Assembly (NCBI GenBank): GCA_964648865.1
Contig: CAZYLV010000002.1
Span: 79,272-143,271 of the forward strand
Reading direction: 5' to 3'
Length of the DNA: 64,000 bases
Source: an uncultured Gammaproteobacteria bacterium
Lineage (GTDB): Bacteria; Patescibacteriota; Patescibacteriia; 2-12-FULL-57-11
Positions 54,836 through 64,000 of the stretch are shown here, one piece after another; the stretch's first letter is position 1; each line of letters opens with the position of its first letter. Both the position numbers and the translations under genes were made by a program. Under the pieces are notes generated by a model, which was given only the letters and a program-made list of their open reading frames with translations, did no database searches and was not told the DNA's origin.

Positions 54836-56131
54836 ATGAGGTCCTTCGTCGCATCCGTCATCGCGGTCTTGGCACGACGCATCCTGGCCAAGTATCGGCC
54901 CACGGTCGTGGGCGTCACCGGGTCGGTCGGCAAGACGGCCACCAAGGACGCCGTCTTCGCCGTGCTTTCCAAACGGTTCCGGGTACGCCGCAGCCGCAAG
55001 AACTACAACACGGAGTTCGGCGTGCCGCTCACGGTCATCGGGCTGGAGTCGCCGGGCAAGAACCCGCTCGGTTGGCTCCTGGTGCTGCTGCGCGGAGCGG
55101 GGCTCCTGCTGTTCCGTGAGGAGTATCCCGAAGTGCTGGTCTTGGAGCTGGGCGTCGATCGGCCGGGCGACATGGCCCGGCATCTGGGCGTGGCGGCGCC
55201 CACCATCGGCGTGCTCACGGCCATCTCGCCGGCGCATCTCCAGAACTTCGCTTCCTTCGAGGATTATGCCGCGGAAAAGGAACAGCTCATCACCGCGTTG
55301 CCGGAGGACGGACTGGCCGTGCTCAACGCCGACGTCCCGCGCGCCGTCGCCGCGCGCGCGCGGGCCCGTTGCCCCGTGGTGGCCTACGGTCTGGCGCCCG
55401 ACGCCGACCTGCGGGCGCTCGCCCTCCAACCGAGCATGTCGCGGCCGCGGGGCGAAGAGGGGATCGCCGTGGCCGGCATGGACATGAAGGTCGCGTGGAA
55501 GGGCCAGCTCGTGCCGGTGACGCTGCGCGAGGCCATCGCGCCCGCTGCGGCGCAGGCGGCGCTCGCCGCCGTGGCCGTGGGCATGCGGATGGGCCTCAAC
55601 CTGCTGGAATGCGTCGAGGGGTTGGCCGCCTTCACGCCGCCGCCCGGCCGCATGCGCGTCCTCCCCGGCATCAAGTACACGACGCTCATCGACGACACCT
55701 ACAACTCCTCGCCGCTGGCCGCGGACCACGCCCTCCGCACGCTGCGCGCCATCGAGCTCGACGAGGACGACCGCCGCATCGCCGTCCTGGGCGACATGCT
55801 CGAGCTCGGGTCCGACAGCGAGCGGCTGCACCGCGAGGTCGGCGCGCTGGCCGCGCAGCTCGGCTTGGACATGCTCGTGACCGTCGGCGAGCGTTCGCGG
55901 GACGCCATCCGCGCGGCCCGCGAGGCCGGCTTCCCGGAGTCGCATCTGCTGGCCTTCTCGACGCCGGAGGAGGCCGGCCGCTACCTCCAGGGCATCATCA
56001 AGATCGGCGACGTGCTGCTCATGAAGGGTTCCCAGGGCGCACGCATGGAGAAGGTCGTCCGGGAGCTGATGGCCGAACCGCTCCGGGCACCCCAATTATT
56101 GGTGCGTCAGGAACCGCCCTGGGTGACCTGA
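54836..56131 (+). CDS. murF: UDP-N-acetylmuramoyl-tripeptide--D-alanyl-D-alanine ligase
   Basis: GVTGSVGKTATK P-loop, NYNTEFGVPLT, and the Mur ligase C-terminal domain. Confidence 0.85.
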   Translation: MRSFVASVIAVLARRILAKYRPTVVGVTGSVGKTATKDAVFAVLSKRFRVRRSRKNYNTEFGVPLTVIGLESPGKNPLGWLLVLLRGAGLLLFREEYPEVLVLELGVDRPGDMARHLGVAAPTIGVLTAISPAHLQNFASFEDYAAEKEQLITALPEDGLAVLNADVPRAVAARARARCPVVAYGLAPDADLRALALQPSMSRPRGEEGIAVAGMDMKVAWKGQLVPVTLREAIAPAAAQAALAAVAVGMRMGLNLLECVEGLAAFTPPPGRMRVLPGIKYTTLIDDTYNSSPLAADHALRTLRAIELDEDDRRIAVLGDMLELGSDSERLHREVGALAAQLGLDMLVTVGERSRDAIRAAREAGFPESHLLAFSTPEEAGRYLQGIIKIGDVLLMKGSQGARMEKVVRELMAEPLRAPQLLVRQEPPWVT

Positions 56132-56325
56132 GTGCAACGGAACCTGAGGATTTCCGTATATCCAGCCGGTGGGCGACCACCGGCGTTCGCGTCCAGGCCT
56201 GTCGATGACCGGCTTGACAGAACGCCAAAAACCGCGTATCTTTCGCGGTTCCGTGGGGTGGGCGTTCGGGAAGGTCCCGGCGCCTGCGTCTCCACGGATG
56301 CTCCTACGACAGCAGAGGAGGACAC

Positions 56326-57900
56326 GTGTCCTCGAGCAAGACCAACGGCAGTCACCTCAAGCTCGTCAGCGACGGGCCGGAGGAGGACGTGGATGGCTTG
56401 GTGGGCAAGACGCTCACCAAGAACTATACGGTCCTCGCGAAGCTGGGGCAGGGCGGCATGGGCGCGGTCTACAAGGCCAAGCACCATACGCTCCGCACCC
56501 AGGTGGCCATCAAGGTCCTCAGGGCCGGGATGGGCAAGCTGGCCGCCGAGCGCTTCATCTACGAGGCGCGGACGGTGGCTCAGGTCAAGTCTCCGCACAT
56601 CGTGCAGGTGATGGACTTCTTCCAGGACGATGACGAGCGCTACTGCCTCGTCATGGAGCTGGTCGAGGGCATCGACCTCGGCGAGGTCGTCGAGCGCGAG
56701 GGGCCGCTCCCGGTGGAGCGGGTGGTGGCCGTGGTCCAGCAGATGGCGTGGGCGCTCGCCGCCGCGCACAAGCTGGGCATCGTCCACCGCGACCTCAAGC
56801 CGGAGAACGTCATGGTCACGGACGTCGGCGGCAGCGACTTCGTCAAGATCATGGACTTCGGCATCGCCGCGGTGACGGACCCCGAGACGCGCGAGCGCCT
56901 CGACCGTCGCCAGATGACGCTCTCCATGGGCGGCATCGTCGGCACGCCGGAGTACATGGCGCCGGAGCAGGTGGCCGGCGATCCGCCGGACGCGCGGACC
57001 GACATCTACGCGCTCGGCGTGGTCACCTACTTCCTGCTCACCGGCAGCATGCCGATCGCGCAGGTCGAGGGCGGAAGCGTCGCCGGATTGCTGACGCGCA
57101 TCCTGCACGAGCAGCCGACGCCGATCGGGCAGCACATGCCCGAGCTGGCGCCGCTCTGGCTGCCGCTCTCCAAGGCGCTCGCCAAGGACCGGGCCGACCG
57201 CTATGCGGACGTCCAGGCCTTCGCCGACGCGCTCATCGAGGCGGCCGGCCTGCCGGCACGGCCCTCCCGCGTCAGCGGGCAGCACCAGGCGATCGGCGCC
57301 GCGGCCCATGCCCCGACGCTGGACGCCACCGGCACCCGCCGCGCCGTGGACACCGCGGCACCGACGCGCGACGCGCCCCAGGCCGCGGCCGCCCCTCCCA
57401 TGCGGAAGGAGCCGTCGGCCTTGCCGCTCATCGCCGGGCTCGGCGTGTTGCTGGCCGTCTGCGTCGGGCTGGCGTACGCGATCACGCTGCGCGGCGGCAC
57501 GGTCACGGAGCCCGCGCTCGAGGGGTCGGCGGCGGAGACGTCGCCCCTTCCCGAGCCGGAGCCCCGGCCGCGCGTCGAGCGCGTCGCGGCGCCCCGGCCG
57601 GAACCGCGTGAGCCGCCGCGCGTCGAGCGGGTCGTCGCACCGCCGCCCCGCGTCGTCGAGACGCGGCCGGAGCCGAGCACGGCTCGGCCGGAGCCGGCAC
57701 CCCCGCCGCGCATGGAGACGTCGACGGCGCTCAGCGCGGACGAGGAGACGCTGCTGCAGCGGGCGTGTGGCGAGCGAGGCAATCCCGCGCGGTGCAGGAG
57801 CGCGGTCCGCGACCATTGCCCTGCCTGCGACGAGGAGCAGCCGCTGCGCTGCCGGCTGGCCCGCGTCCGCGCGGGACTGGCCTGCCCCGGCGGCAGGTGA
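56326..57900 (+). CDS. Ser/Thr protein kinase with a Pro-rich linker, one TM helix and a short extracytoplasmic four-Cys tail
   Basis: Motifs GQGGMGAVY, AIK, HRDLKPEN, DFG and GTPEYMAPE. A TM helix (LPLIAGLGVLLAVCVGLAYAI). The C-terminus CGERGNPARCRS...CPACDEEQPLRC. GTG start after the RBS GAGGAGG. Confidence 0.85.
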   Translation: MSSSKTNGSHLKLVSDGPEEDVDGLVGKTLTKNYTVLAKLGQGGMGAVYKAKHHTLRTQVAIKVLRAGMGKLAAERFIYEARTVAQVKSPHIVQVMDFFQDDDERYCLVMELVEGIDLGEVVEREGPLPVERVVAVVQQMAWALAAAHKLGIVHRDLKPENVMVTDVGGSDFVKIMDFGIAAVTDPETRERLDRRQMTLSMGGIVGTPEYMAPEQVAGDPPDARTDIYALGVVTYFLLTGSMPIAQVEGGSVAGLLTRILHEQPTPIGQHMPELAPLWLPLSKALAKDRADRYADVQAFADALIEAAGLPARPSRVSGQHQAIGAAAHAPTLDATGTRRAVDTAAPTRDAPQAAAAPPMRKEPSALPLIAGLGVLLAVCVGLAYAITLRGGTVTEPALEGSAAETSPLPEPEPRPRVERVAAPRPEPREPPRVERVVAPPPRVVETRPEPSTARPEPAPPPRMETSTALSADEETLLQRACGERGNPARCRSAVRDHCPACDEEQPLRCRLARVRAGLACPGGR

Positions 57901-58040
57901 CGGACGGTTCTGGAAGGTCAGCGGACCTTCCGGACCCATCCGTTATTCTTTTTGTCCCGATGCTTGACGGCCCCGGAAAAGCATGCAAGGTTGGTGCAGG
58001 TCCCGCCACATCCACCCGGCGGAGAAAGGACATTCACATC

Positions 58041-59735
58041 ATGGCACGCAGCGTCCCTCCGCCGGCCATGGAGCCGGGGAAGGATCCCTATCTCGGCGCG
58101 GTCCTCGCGCGGCGCGACGGCGAACCCGTCATCATCCTCGAACGCCACATCGGCGGCGGGGGGATGAGCGTGGTCTACGCCACCAAGGCCCTGCCCGGGC
58201 ATCCGGCTCGGGCGGTCAAGATGCTCAAGCACGAGCTCCTCAAGTCCGAGGAGGCCCTGGCCCGCTTCGGCCGGGAGGCGCGCATCCTGGAGCGGCTGGG
58301 TGAGCACCAGCACATCCTGCCGGTCATCGAGTACGGCATCGCCAAGGCGACGCCGTTCCAAGGCGAGCCCTACATCGTGATGCCGCTCGTCCGCGGCAAG
58401 ACGGTGGAGGACATGATGGCCGACGCCCGTGACCACGGCGTCCCCGGGCGGTTCCCGCTCGAGTACGCCGTCAAGGTCATCGGCGACGTCTGCAGCGCGC
58501 TCATCGCGGCGCACGAGCACGTCGGCGAGGACGGCCGGGCGCTCCCCATCATCCACCGCGACGTCAAGCCCTCGAACGTCTTCGTCGAGGAGCAGCGCGG
58601 CGCGACGCGGGTCATGCTCGCGGACTTCGGGATCGCCCGGTTCTCGGATCCGGCGGTCTTCAAGGCCACGCTGGCCACCGACGTCAACACCATCGTCGGT
58701 ACGCCGTGCTACATGGCGCCCGAGCAGGCCTTGTGCGAGCCGCTGACTCCTGCCGCGGACGTCTACGCGGTCGGGGTGATGGTCTACGAGATGCTCTCCG
58801 GTCGGCTGCCGATCGAGGAGCGCAAGACCGACGACACCGAGAGCCTGCTGCGTCGGATCGTCGTCGAGCCGCCGCGCCCGCTCAAGGACGTCATCCCGAG
58901 CTGCCCGGCGGCGCTCGACGCGCTGGTCATGCGGGCGCTCTGCAAGAGCCCCAAGGACCGGCCCAGCATCCGTGAGTTCCGTGACGGGCTCTCGGCGGCG
59001 ACCGGCGCCCAAGTCAACCGCTCGGTGCGGCCGTCGGCGGAGCATCTGTCGTCGATCGGCGTGCCGCGCCTCGACCTGACGCCTCCCAAGGTGCCGCTCG
59101 ACCTCCCGGCCCTGCCGGCACCGGGATCCAAGCCGCCGACCGTCGGCGTCAAGGGCGTCGGCGTGTCGGCGGACGAGGACGCCGAGACGCGCGAGTGGTC
59201 GCGCGGCGGCGAGGAGGACGGGCCGTCGTCCGGGCGGCTGTCCTTCCTGGTGTTCGCCGTGGTCCTGCTCCTGATGGCCGGCGGCATCGGCCTCATGGCC
59301 CTGAGCGTCGGACGCGGGGAGCACGCCGGCGTGACGCCCGTCGCGCGGCACGAGCGCCCGGACGCCGGCGTGCGTCTCCGGGAGCCTCCCGAGGTACGCC
59401 CGGACGCGGGCACGCCCCTCCTCGTCGAGCCGGCGCCTCCGCGCCCGGTGGCCGTGGTGCCTCGCGCCACGGCGCCGCCCGTCGATCCGGCGCTCGACGA
59501 GCATCATCGGCTCTGTCGGGCCGAGGTCGCCGCGCGTGCGCCGTCGACGGCCTGGCTCGGGCATTGCGCGGCCTACCTGGCCGCGCGGTGCGCGGAGGCC
59601 GACCGTCCGGTGGACTGCGGGCTCATCGAGATCCGCGTCCGCCAGGAGGCCGAGGCGCGCCGCCGCGCCCGCGAACGCCGACGGCGGGAGCGCGAGGAGC
59701 CGGAGCCGGACACGCCGTCCGCGGACGGCGAGTGA
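58041..59735 (+). CDS. Ser/Thr protein kinase, second tandem copy, with a TM helix and an extracytoplasmic Cys-containing tail
   Basis: Motifs GGGGMSVVY, AVK, HRDVKPSN, DFG and GTPCYMAPE. A TM helix (LSFLVFAVVLLLMAGGIGLMAL). The tail HHRLCRAEV...HCAAYLAARCAEADRPVDCG. Confidence 0.85.
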   Translation: MARSVPPPAMEPGKDPYLGAVLARRDGEPVIILERHIGGGGMSVVYATKALPGHPARAVKMLKHELLKSEEALARFGREARILERLGEHQHILPVIEYGIAKATPFQGEPYIVMPLVRGKTVEDMMADARDHGVPGRFPLEYAVKVIGDVCSALIAAHEHVGEDGRALPIIHRDVKPSNVFVEEQRGATRVMLADFGIARFSDPAVFKATLATDVNTIVGTPCYMAPEQALCEPLTPAADVYAVGVMVYEMLSGRLPIEERKTDDTESLLRRIVVEPPRPLKDVIPSCPAALDALVMRALCKSPKDRPSIREFRDGLSAATGAQVNRSVRPSAEHLSSIGVPRLDLTPPKVPLDLPALPAPGSKPPTVGVKGVGVSADEDAETREWSRGGEEDGPSSGRLSFLVFAVVLLLMAGGIGLMALSVGRGEHAGVTPVARHERPDAGVRLREPPEVRPDAGTPLLVEPAPPRPVAVVPRATAPPVDPALDEHHRLCRAEVAARAPSTAWLGHCAAYLAARCAEADRPVDCGLIEIRVRQEAEARRRARERRRREREEPEPDTPSADGE

Positions 59736-59742
59736 GACCGGC

Positions 59743-59775
59743 GCGAGCCCCCACCAGGGCTCGCCTTTTTCTTTC
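59743..59775 (+). terminator. Intrinsic terminator
   Basis: GCGAGCCC-CCACCA-GGGCTCGC followed by CTTTTTCTTT. Confidence 0.65.
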
Positions 59776-59825
59776 CCGACCCTTGCCAGGGGAGGCGGAA
59801 GATGCTATCTTTTCCCTCACATCGC

Positions 59826-59900
59826 GGCCCCATCGTCTATCGGCTAGGACAGTTGGTTCTCATCCAACAAAGAGGGGTTCGATTCCCCTTGGGGCTACCA
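59826..59900 (+). tRNA. tRNA-Glu (anticodon CUC), 3' CCA encoded
   Basis: Folded by hand: acceptor GGCCCCA/TGGGGCT, D-stem GTCT/GGAC, anticodon stem GTTGG/CCAAC with loop TTCTCAT, T-arm AGGGG-TTCGATT-CCCCT, discriminator A, then CCA. Confidence 0.8.
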
Positions 59901-59960
59901 AAGACGCGTCTCGTGGAAGCGAGGCGCGTTTTTGCGTCCTGTGCTAGAATATCCCCGTTT

Positions 59961-60482
59961 ATGCTCTCGATCGCGGTCCTGCTGCTCGGCGCGCTGCTCG
60001 TCATCGCCACCTGGCATCTCGGGACGCATCTCATCTCCATCCTCGGCGGCGCGCCGTACGTGCCGTCGTCCGACGAGCGCATCCGGATGATGCTGCGCAT
60101 GGCGCGCATCCAGCCGGGGGAGCGCGTCGTCGACTTGGGCTCCGGCGACGGGCGCCTGGTGATTTCCGCGGCCGCGCTCGGGGCGCGGGCCATCGGTTAC
60201 GAGATCAACCCCTTCCTGACGCTGCGGGCCCGCGTCCTGGCCTGGCGTGCCGGATTGGGACACCGCGTCGACTTCCGGAACAGCACCTTCCTCAAGGCCG
60301 ATCTGGGGGAGTACGACGTCGTCTTCTGTTATCTGCTTCCGTCGTTGATGGCCAAGGTGCAGGAAAAGGCCGAGCGGGAGCTCCGTCCCGGGTCGCGCAT
60401 CGTGGTCAACGCCTTCCCGCTCCCGGCGTGGAAGCCCATGGCGCAGCGCGACCATGTCTACGTCTATGAGAAACGTTCCTGA
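59961..60482 (+). CDS. Small membrane-anchored class I SAM-dependent methyltransferase
   Basis: An N-terminal TM helix and motif I VVDLGSGDGRLV. It is preceded by an extended -10 (TGCTAGAAT, 59942-59950) that ends ~10 nt before the ATG. Confidence 0.65.
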   Translation: MLSIAVLLLGALLVIATWHLGTHLISILGGAPYVPSSDERIRMMLRMARIQPGERVVDLGSGDGRLVISAAALGARAIGYEINPFLTLRARVLAWRAGLGHRVDFRNSTFLKADLGEYDVVFCYLLPSLMAKVQEKAERELRPGSRIVVNAFPLPAWKPMAQRDHVYVYEKRS

Positions 60483-60483
60483 T

Positions 60484-62400
60484 ATGGATGGGAAGCCCTG
60501 GTACCGCAAGAAACGGATCTGGATCGGCGCCGCGCTCGTCGCCCTGGCGGCCGTCATCGCCTATGCCGCGTACCAAGGCAGCCGGCCCTCGCCCGAGATG
60601 CGCGAGACCGTGGCCGTGCGTCGCGGCATGCTGGAGCGCACCGTCGAGGCCACCGGCGCCGTCAAAGCCGCGTCCGAGTTCGCGCTCGACTTCGACACCG
60701 CCGGTCGCGTCAAGGACGTCTTCGTGGAGGTCGGTGAGGAAGTGAAGGCCGGTCAGGTGCTGGCCGAGCTCGACGCCTCGGAGATCGACCTGGAGGTGCG
60801 CCGCGCCCGCGCCGTATTGGCCGTGGCCGTCGCCAACCTCAACCAGAAGCTCGCCGGTGAGGCGCCCGAGGCCATCCGTGCCAGCGAGGCGGACGTGGCC
60901 AAGGCCGCCGCGTCGCTCACCGAAGCGCAGACGACGCTGGCCAACCTGCGGCGGACCACGGCGCTCGACGTCCGCGACGCCGAGCTGGACGTCGCCGCCG
61001 CCGAGATCGCGCTCACCCAGGCGCAGCGCGACCAGCAGGACAGCGCCGCGCTCGACGCCGAGACCCTCATCAAGAAATACGACACGGCCCGCGCCGACCT
61101 GCTCAAGGCCGTGGTGACCTTCTCGACCGCGCTCAACGACATGGACGTCATCCTCGGCGTGGACAGCACCACGGCCAACGACGCCTTCGAGAGCATCCTG
61201 GGCGCGCAGCGTCCGCCGACGGTGGAGGCGGCCAAGAACGCCTACCTCGCCGCCAAGGCGCGCAAGGCCGAGGCCGACGCCGCGGTGCTGGCGCTGAGCG
61301 TCGGCTCTTCCGCATCGGCCGTGGACGCGGCCTTCGCGCCCGCGCTCGCCGCCAGCGAGGCCTTCACCGACGCCTTGGCCAAGACGCGTGAGGTGCTCGA
61401 CGCCACGGCGCCGAGCAGCCAGTTCACGCTGACCGAGCTCAACACCAAGAAGACGACCATCAGCACGGACCGCACCGGCGTGGCCACGGACTACGGCACC
61501 ATGCTCGGCGACCGCAACGGCATCGCCACCACCAGGATCGAGAACGCCAACGGCGCGCACGACGACGCCGAGGCCGTGGAGGACGCGCGCATCGCCCTCG
61601 ACCAGGCCAGGCACGCGCTGGAGGCCGCACGGCTCGACGCGGAGACCACGGTCGCCGCGCAGGAGGCCGCCGTGGCCGTGGCCGTGGCCGGCCGCGACGG
61701 CGTCCAGGCCACGCTCGACCTCAAGAAGGCCGCGCTGCGCGCCTCGGACCGCGGCCCGCTCGATGCCGCCGTGGAGGAGGCACGCGCCGCCGTCGCCATC
61801 GCCGAGGAGGGCCTGCGCAAGGCGCGCATCGTGGCGCCGGCCGACGGCATCATCACCGACGTGGCCGTGAGCCCCGGCGAGGACGCCACGCCGCGCGTGG
61901 CCACCTCGGGAGCCATCCAGTCGACGTCGGCCGTGACCATGCTCGGCACGTTCGCCGAGATCGAGGCCGACGTCTCGGAGAACGACATCACCCAGGTCAG
62001 CGTCGGGCTCGACGTGACGCTCACCTTGGACGCCTTCGGGAACGACCGCGTCTTCCGCGGGCGCGTCATCGCCGTCAACCCGGCGGAGACGCTCATCCAG
62101 GACGTCGTCTACTACAAGGTGCGCATCGCCATCCTCGACGACGGTCCGGACATCCGCCCGGGCATGACCGCCAACATCACCCTCACCGGGACCCGCAAGG
62201 ACGGCGTGCTGATCGTCCCGTTCCGCGCCGCCCGCGAGGTGGACGGCACGCGCGTGGTGCGCGTGGAGAAGGCCGACGGGAGCATCGAGGACCGCACGGT
62301 CACGCTGGGGCTCCGCGGCGACGGCGGCCTGGTGGAGATCGTCGACGGGCTGGCGGAAGGGGAGACGGTCATCGTCAGCATCCGTCCCGCAAGCCCATGA
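60484..62400 (+). CDS. HlyD/MacA-family periplasmic adaptor (membrane fusion protein) with a long coiled-coil
   Basis: An N-terminal TM helix, a lipoyl/biotinyl-like beta region (AVKAASEFALDFDTAGRVKDVFVEVGEEVKAGQVLAELD), a ~350-aa Ala-rich coiled coil and a C-terminal beta-barrel region. Confidence 0.75.
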   Translation: MDGKPWYRKKRIWIGAALVALAAVIAYAAYQGSRPSPEMRETVAVRRGMLERTVEATGAVKAASEFALDFDTAGRVKDVFVEVGEEVKAGQVLAELDASEIDLEVRRARAVLAVAVANLNQKLAGEAPEAIRASEADVAKAAASLTEAQTTLANLRRTTALDVRDAELDVAAAEIALTQAQRDQQDSAALDAETLIKKYDTARADLLKAVVTFSTALNDMDVILGVDSTTANDAFESILGAQRPPTVEAAKNAYLAAKARKAEADAAVLALSVGSSASAVDAAFAPALAASEAFTDALAKTREVLDATAPSSQFTLTELNTKKTTISTDRTGVATDYGTMLGDRNGIATTRIENANGAHDDAEAVEDARIALDQARHALEAARLDAETTVAAQEAAVAVAVAGRDGVQATLDLKKAALRASDRGPLDAAVEEARAAVAIAEEGLRKARIVAPADGIITDVAVSPGEDATPRVATSGAIQSTSAVTMLGTFAEIEADVSENDITQVSVGLDVTLTLDAFGNDRVFRGRVIAVNPAETLIQDVVYYKVRIAILDDGPDIRPGMTANITLTGTRKDGVLIVPFRAAREVDGTRVVRVEKADGSIEDRTVTLGLRGDGGLVEIVDGLAEGETVIVSIRPASP

Positions 62401-63125
62401 CGCCGCTCCTCGAGATCGTCGACCTCAAGAAGGACTACCTCTCCGGCGAGCAGGTGACACCGGTGCTGAAGGGCGTGAGCGTCTCCGTCAACCCGGGCGA
62501 GTTCGTGGCCATCATGGGGCCGTCCGGGTCCGGGAAGTCGACGCTCATGCACATCCTGGGTTTCCTGGACACGCTGACCTCCGGCACCTACCGCTTCCAA
62601 GGCAAGGACGTCAGTCGGCTTTCGGACGTCGAGTTGGCGGACATGCGCCGCAGCCAGGTGGGCTTCGTCTTCCAGGCGTTCTTCCTCTTGCCCAAGATGA
62701 CGGTGCTCGAGAACGTCATGTTGCCGTTGGCCTATGGCGACCTGAGCCCGGCGAAACGGCTGGTGCGGGCGCGCGAGGCCGTGCATGACGTCGGTCTCGG
62801 CCACCGCATGGAGTATCCGGCCGTGAAACTTTCCGGCGGCGAGAAGCAGCGCACGGCCATCGCCCGGGCGCTGGTCAACGATCCGCAGGTGCTGTTCGCG
62901 GACGAACCCACCGGCAACCTGGACTCCAAGTCCGGCGCGCAGGTGATGGTGCTGCTCGATGAGCTGCACCAGAAGGGACGCACCATCATCGTCGTGACGC
63001 ACGAGACCGCGACCGCCGAGCATGCCCAGCGCATCCTGCGCATCCGCGACGGCCTCATCGTCAGCGACGAGACGGTCGCGCACCGCCGCAACGCCTCCAC
63101 CGACAACGGCGACCTGGGCAAGTAG
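62397..63125 (+). CDS. ABC transporter ATP-binding protein (MacB/LolD-type)
   Basis: Walker A GPSGSGKST, signature LSGGEKQR, Walker B LFADEPT. Confidence 0.9.
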   Translation: MTPLLEIVDLKKDYLSGEQVTPVLKGVSVSVNPGEFVAIMGPSGSGKSTLMHILGFLDTLTSGTYRFQGKDVSRLSDVELADMRRSQVGFVFQAFFLLPKMTVLENVMLPLAYGDLSPAKRLVRAREAVHDVGLGHRMEYPAVKLSGGEKQRTAIARALVNDPQVLFADEPTGNLDSKSGAQVMVLLDELHQKGRTIIVVTHETATAEHAQRILRIRDGLIVSDETVAHRRNASTDNGDLGK

Positions 63126-63126
63126 G

Positions 63127-64000
63127 TATGCGCATCCGCGACGTGCTGCAGACCGCCTGCCGCGGCCTCACGCAGAACCTGTTCCGCTCGTTCCTGGCCA
63201 CGCTCGGCATCGTCATCGGTGTCGGCTCCGTCATCGTCATGCTCTCGCTCGGCAAGGGCGCGGAGGGGCTGATCCTGGGGCAGGTCTCGAGCTTCGGTCC
63301 GGACACCGTCTTCATCCAGCCCGGCGGCGGGGAAGCGGGCCCGCCGCGCTTCGGGGCCCTGACCACCATCAAGTACCGCGATTGGCAGCAGCTGCGCCGC
63401 AGCACGGACGTGCTCTCGGCCATGGCGCCGGTGCAGCTCCTGGAGGCCCGGGCCACCGCCGGCAGCGAGAAGAAGACGGTCAACCTCAACGGCACCGCGC
63501 CCGGAATCGCCGCGGTCAACAACCTGCGCATGGCCGCGGGCGGTTTCTTCACGGACGACGACCTGTCCTCGGCCCGCAGCGTGGCCGTCATCGGTTCCCA
63601 GATCGCCGCGGACCTCTTTCCTGGGCAGGACCCGCTCGGCCAGACGGTGCGGCTCAATCGCAAGCCCTTCGAGGTCATCGGCGTGGTGGAGCCTCAGGGC
63701 ACCCAGTTCTTCCAGAACCTCGACGAACGCATCTACGTGCCCATCACGGCCATGCGCAAGGAGCTCGCGTCGCCCGACTACGTCAACTTCATCACCGGCG
63801 TGGCGGCGGTGCCGCTGGAGACCGCGCAGGAGGAGCTGCAGCGGGTGATGCGCGAGCTGCACGGCATCGACAACCCCACGGACGATCCCGACAAGGACGA
63901 TTTCCGCGTCGGCAGCTCCGTGGAAGCCGCGGCCGTCTTCGGCAGCATCTCCACCGTGCTGACGCTCTTCCTTACGGCCATCGCCAGCATCTCGCTGGTC
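63127..64000 (+). CDS. ABC transporter permease (MacB/FtsX-type), truncated at the right edge of the window
   Basis: An N-terminal TM helix, then a large periplasmic domain typical of MacB-like permeases. No stop codon occurs before position 64000. Confidence 0.75.

Noticed and set aside
50139-54854. Long minus-strand ORFs (559 aa and 698 aa)
   Set aside because: They are antisense to rarA, the TSP3-repeat protein and PBP2. The plus-strand frames carry Walker A/B motifs and the SxxK/SxN/KTG motifs.
56107-59564. Minus-strand ORFs of 610 and 548 aa
   Set aside because: They are antisense to the two Ser/Thr kinase genes, whose catalytic subdomain motifs lie on the plus strand.

Overview
High-GC window (roughly two-thirds G+C by eye), densely packed with genes, overwhelmingly on the + strand, and in my reading bacterial chromosomal DNA. 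There are no transposases, integrases or CRISPR arrays. The six-frame track is full of long antisense ORFs, as expected at this GC content. I kept the frame and strand whose translation carries recognisable catalytic motifs and rejected the Arg/Gly/Asp-rich shadow ORFs.

Order of content:
1. A CMP-nonulosonic/ulosonic-acid-like sugar-nucleotide cluster: a NeuA-like cytidylyltransferase, a NeuB-SAF-cupin fusion, a Gfo/Idh oxidoreductase, a His-phosphatase, an APH-like kinase, a truncated UDP-glucose-dehydrogenase-family protein, an epimerase and a Nudix hydrolase.
2. A large envelope-glycan island: a WbaP-like initiating transferase, a secreted subtilisin with FG-GAP repeats, GtrA/GtrB/DUF2304 polyprenyl-phosphate sugar genes, GT2 and GT4 transferases, a GT4-SAM-methyltransferase fusion, two large polytopic GT-C-like membrane proteins and a CDP-alcohol phosphatidyltransferase.
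3. The rmlBCDA dTDP-rhamnose genes, interrupted by two tandem HAD-like paralogs.
4. murA.
5. An NrdR-box-controlled class II (B12-dependent) ribonucleotide reductase, followed by a corrinoid adenosyltransferase (cobO/cobA/btuR family), a DUF4430 protein and a putative ECF S-component. I read this as a B12 salvage module.
6. A VKOR/thioredoxin/cupin disulfide-bond operon.
7. A Fur-family regulator with a perfect operator palindrome inside its own promoter, followed by a CooC/ParA-like ATPase and a cysteine-synthase-rhodanese fusion.
8. tRNA-Pro(CGG), then uppS, a Na+/H+ antiporter, and a Nudix gene and a cytoplasmic NlpC/P60 gene that each carry a copy of the same duplicated promoter and leader.
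9. rarA, PBP2, murF, two tandem Ser/Thr kinases with Cys-rich extracytoplasmic tails, tRNA-Glu(CUC), and a MacAB-like efflux module that is truncated at the right edge.

The signals I rate highest:
- a 20-28 bp perfect palindrome (GGGCGTRATGCRTYACGCCC) found three times, plus one half-site, just upstream of murA, the corrinoid adenosyltransferase gene, the DUF4430 gene and the antiporter;
- the B12-dependent RNR plus B12-salvage module with no cobalamin riboswitch;
- the polyprenyl-phosphate sugar / GT-C glycosylation island with unusual fusions;
- the NeuB-cupin fusion;
- the Fur-box / metallochaperone-like / CysK-rhodanese cluster;
- leaderless promoters of the form TTGACA-17-TAnnnT with the transcription start falling on the ATG.

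Every functional call is a by-eye motif match. No database search was run.
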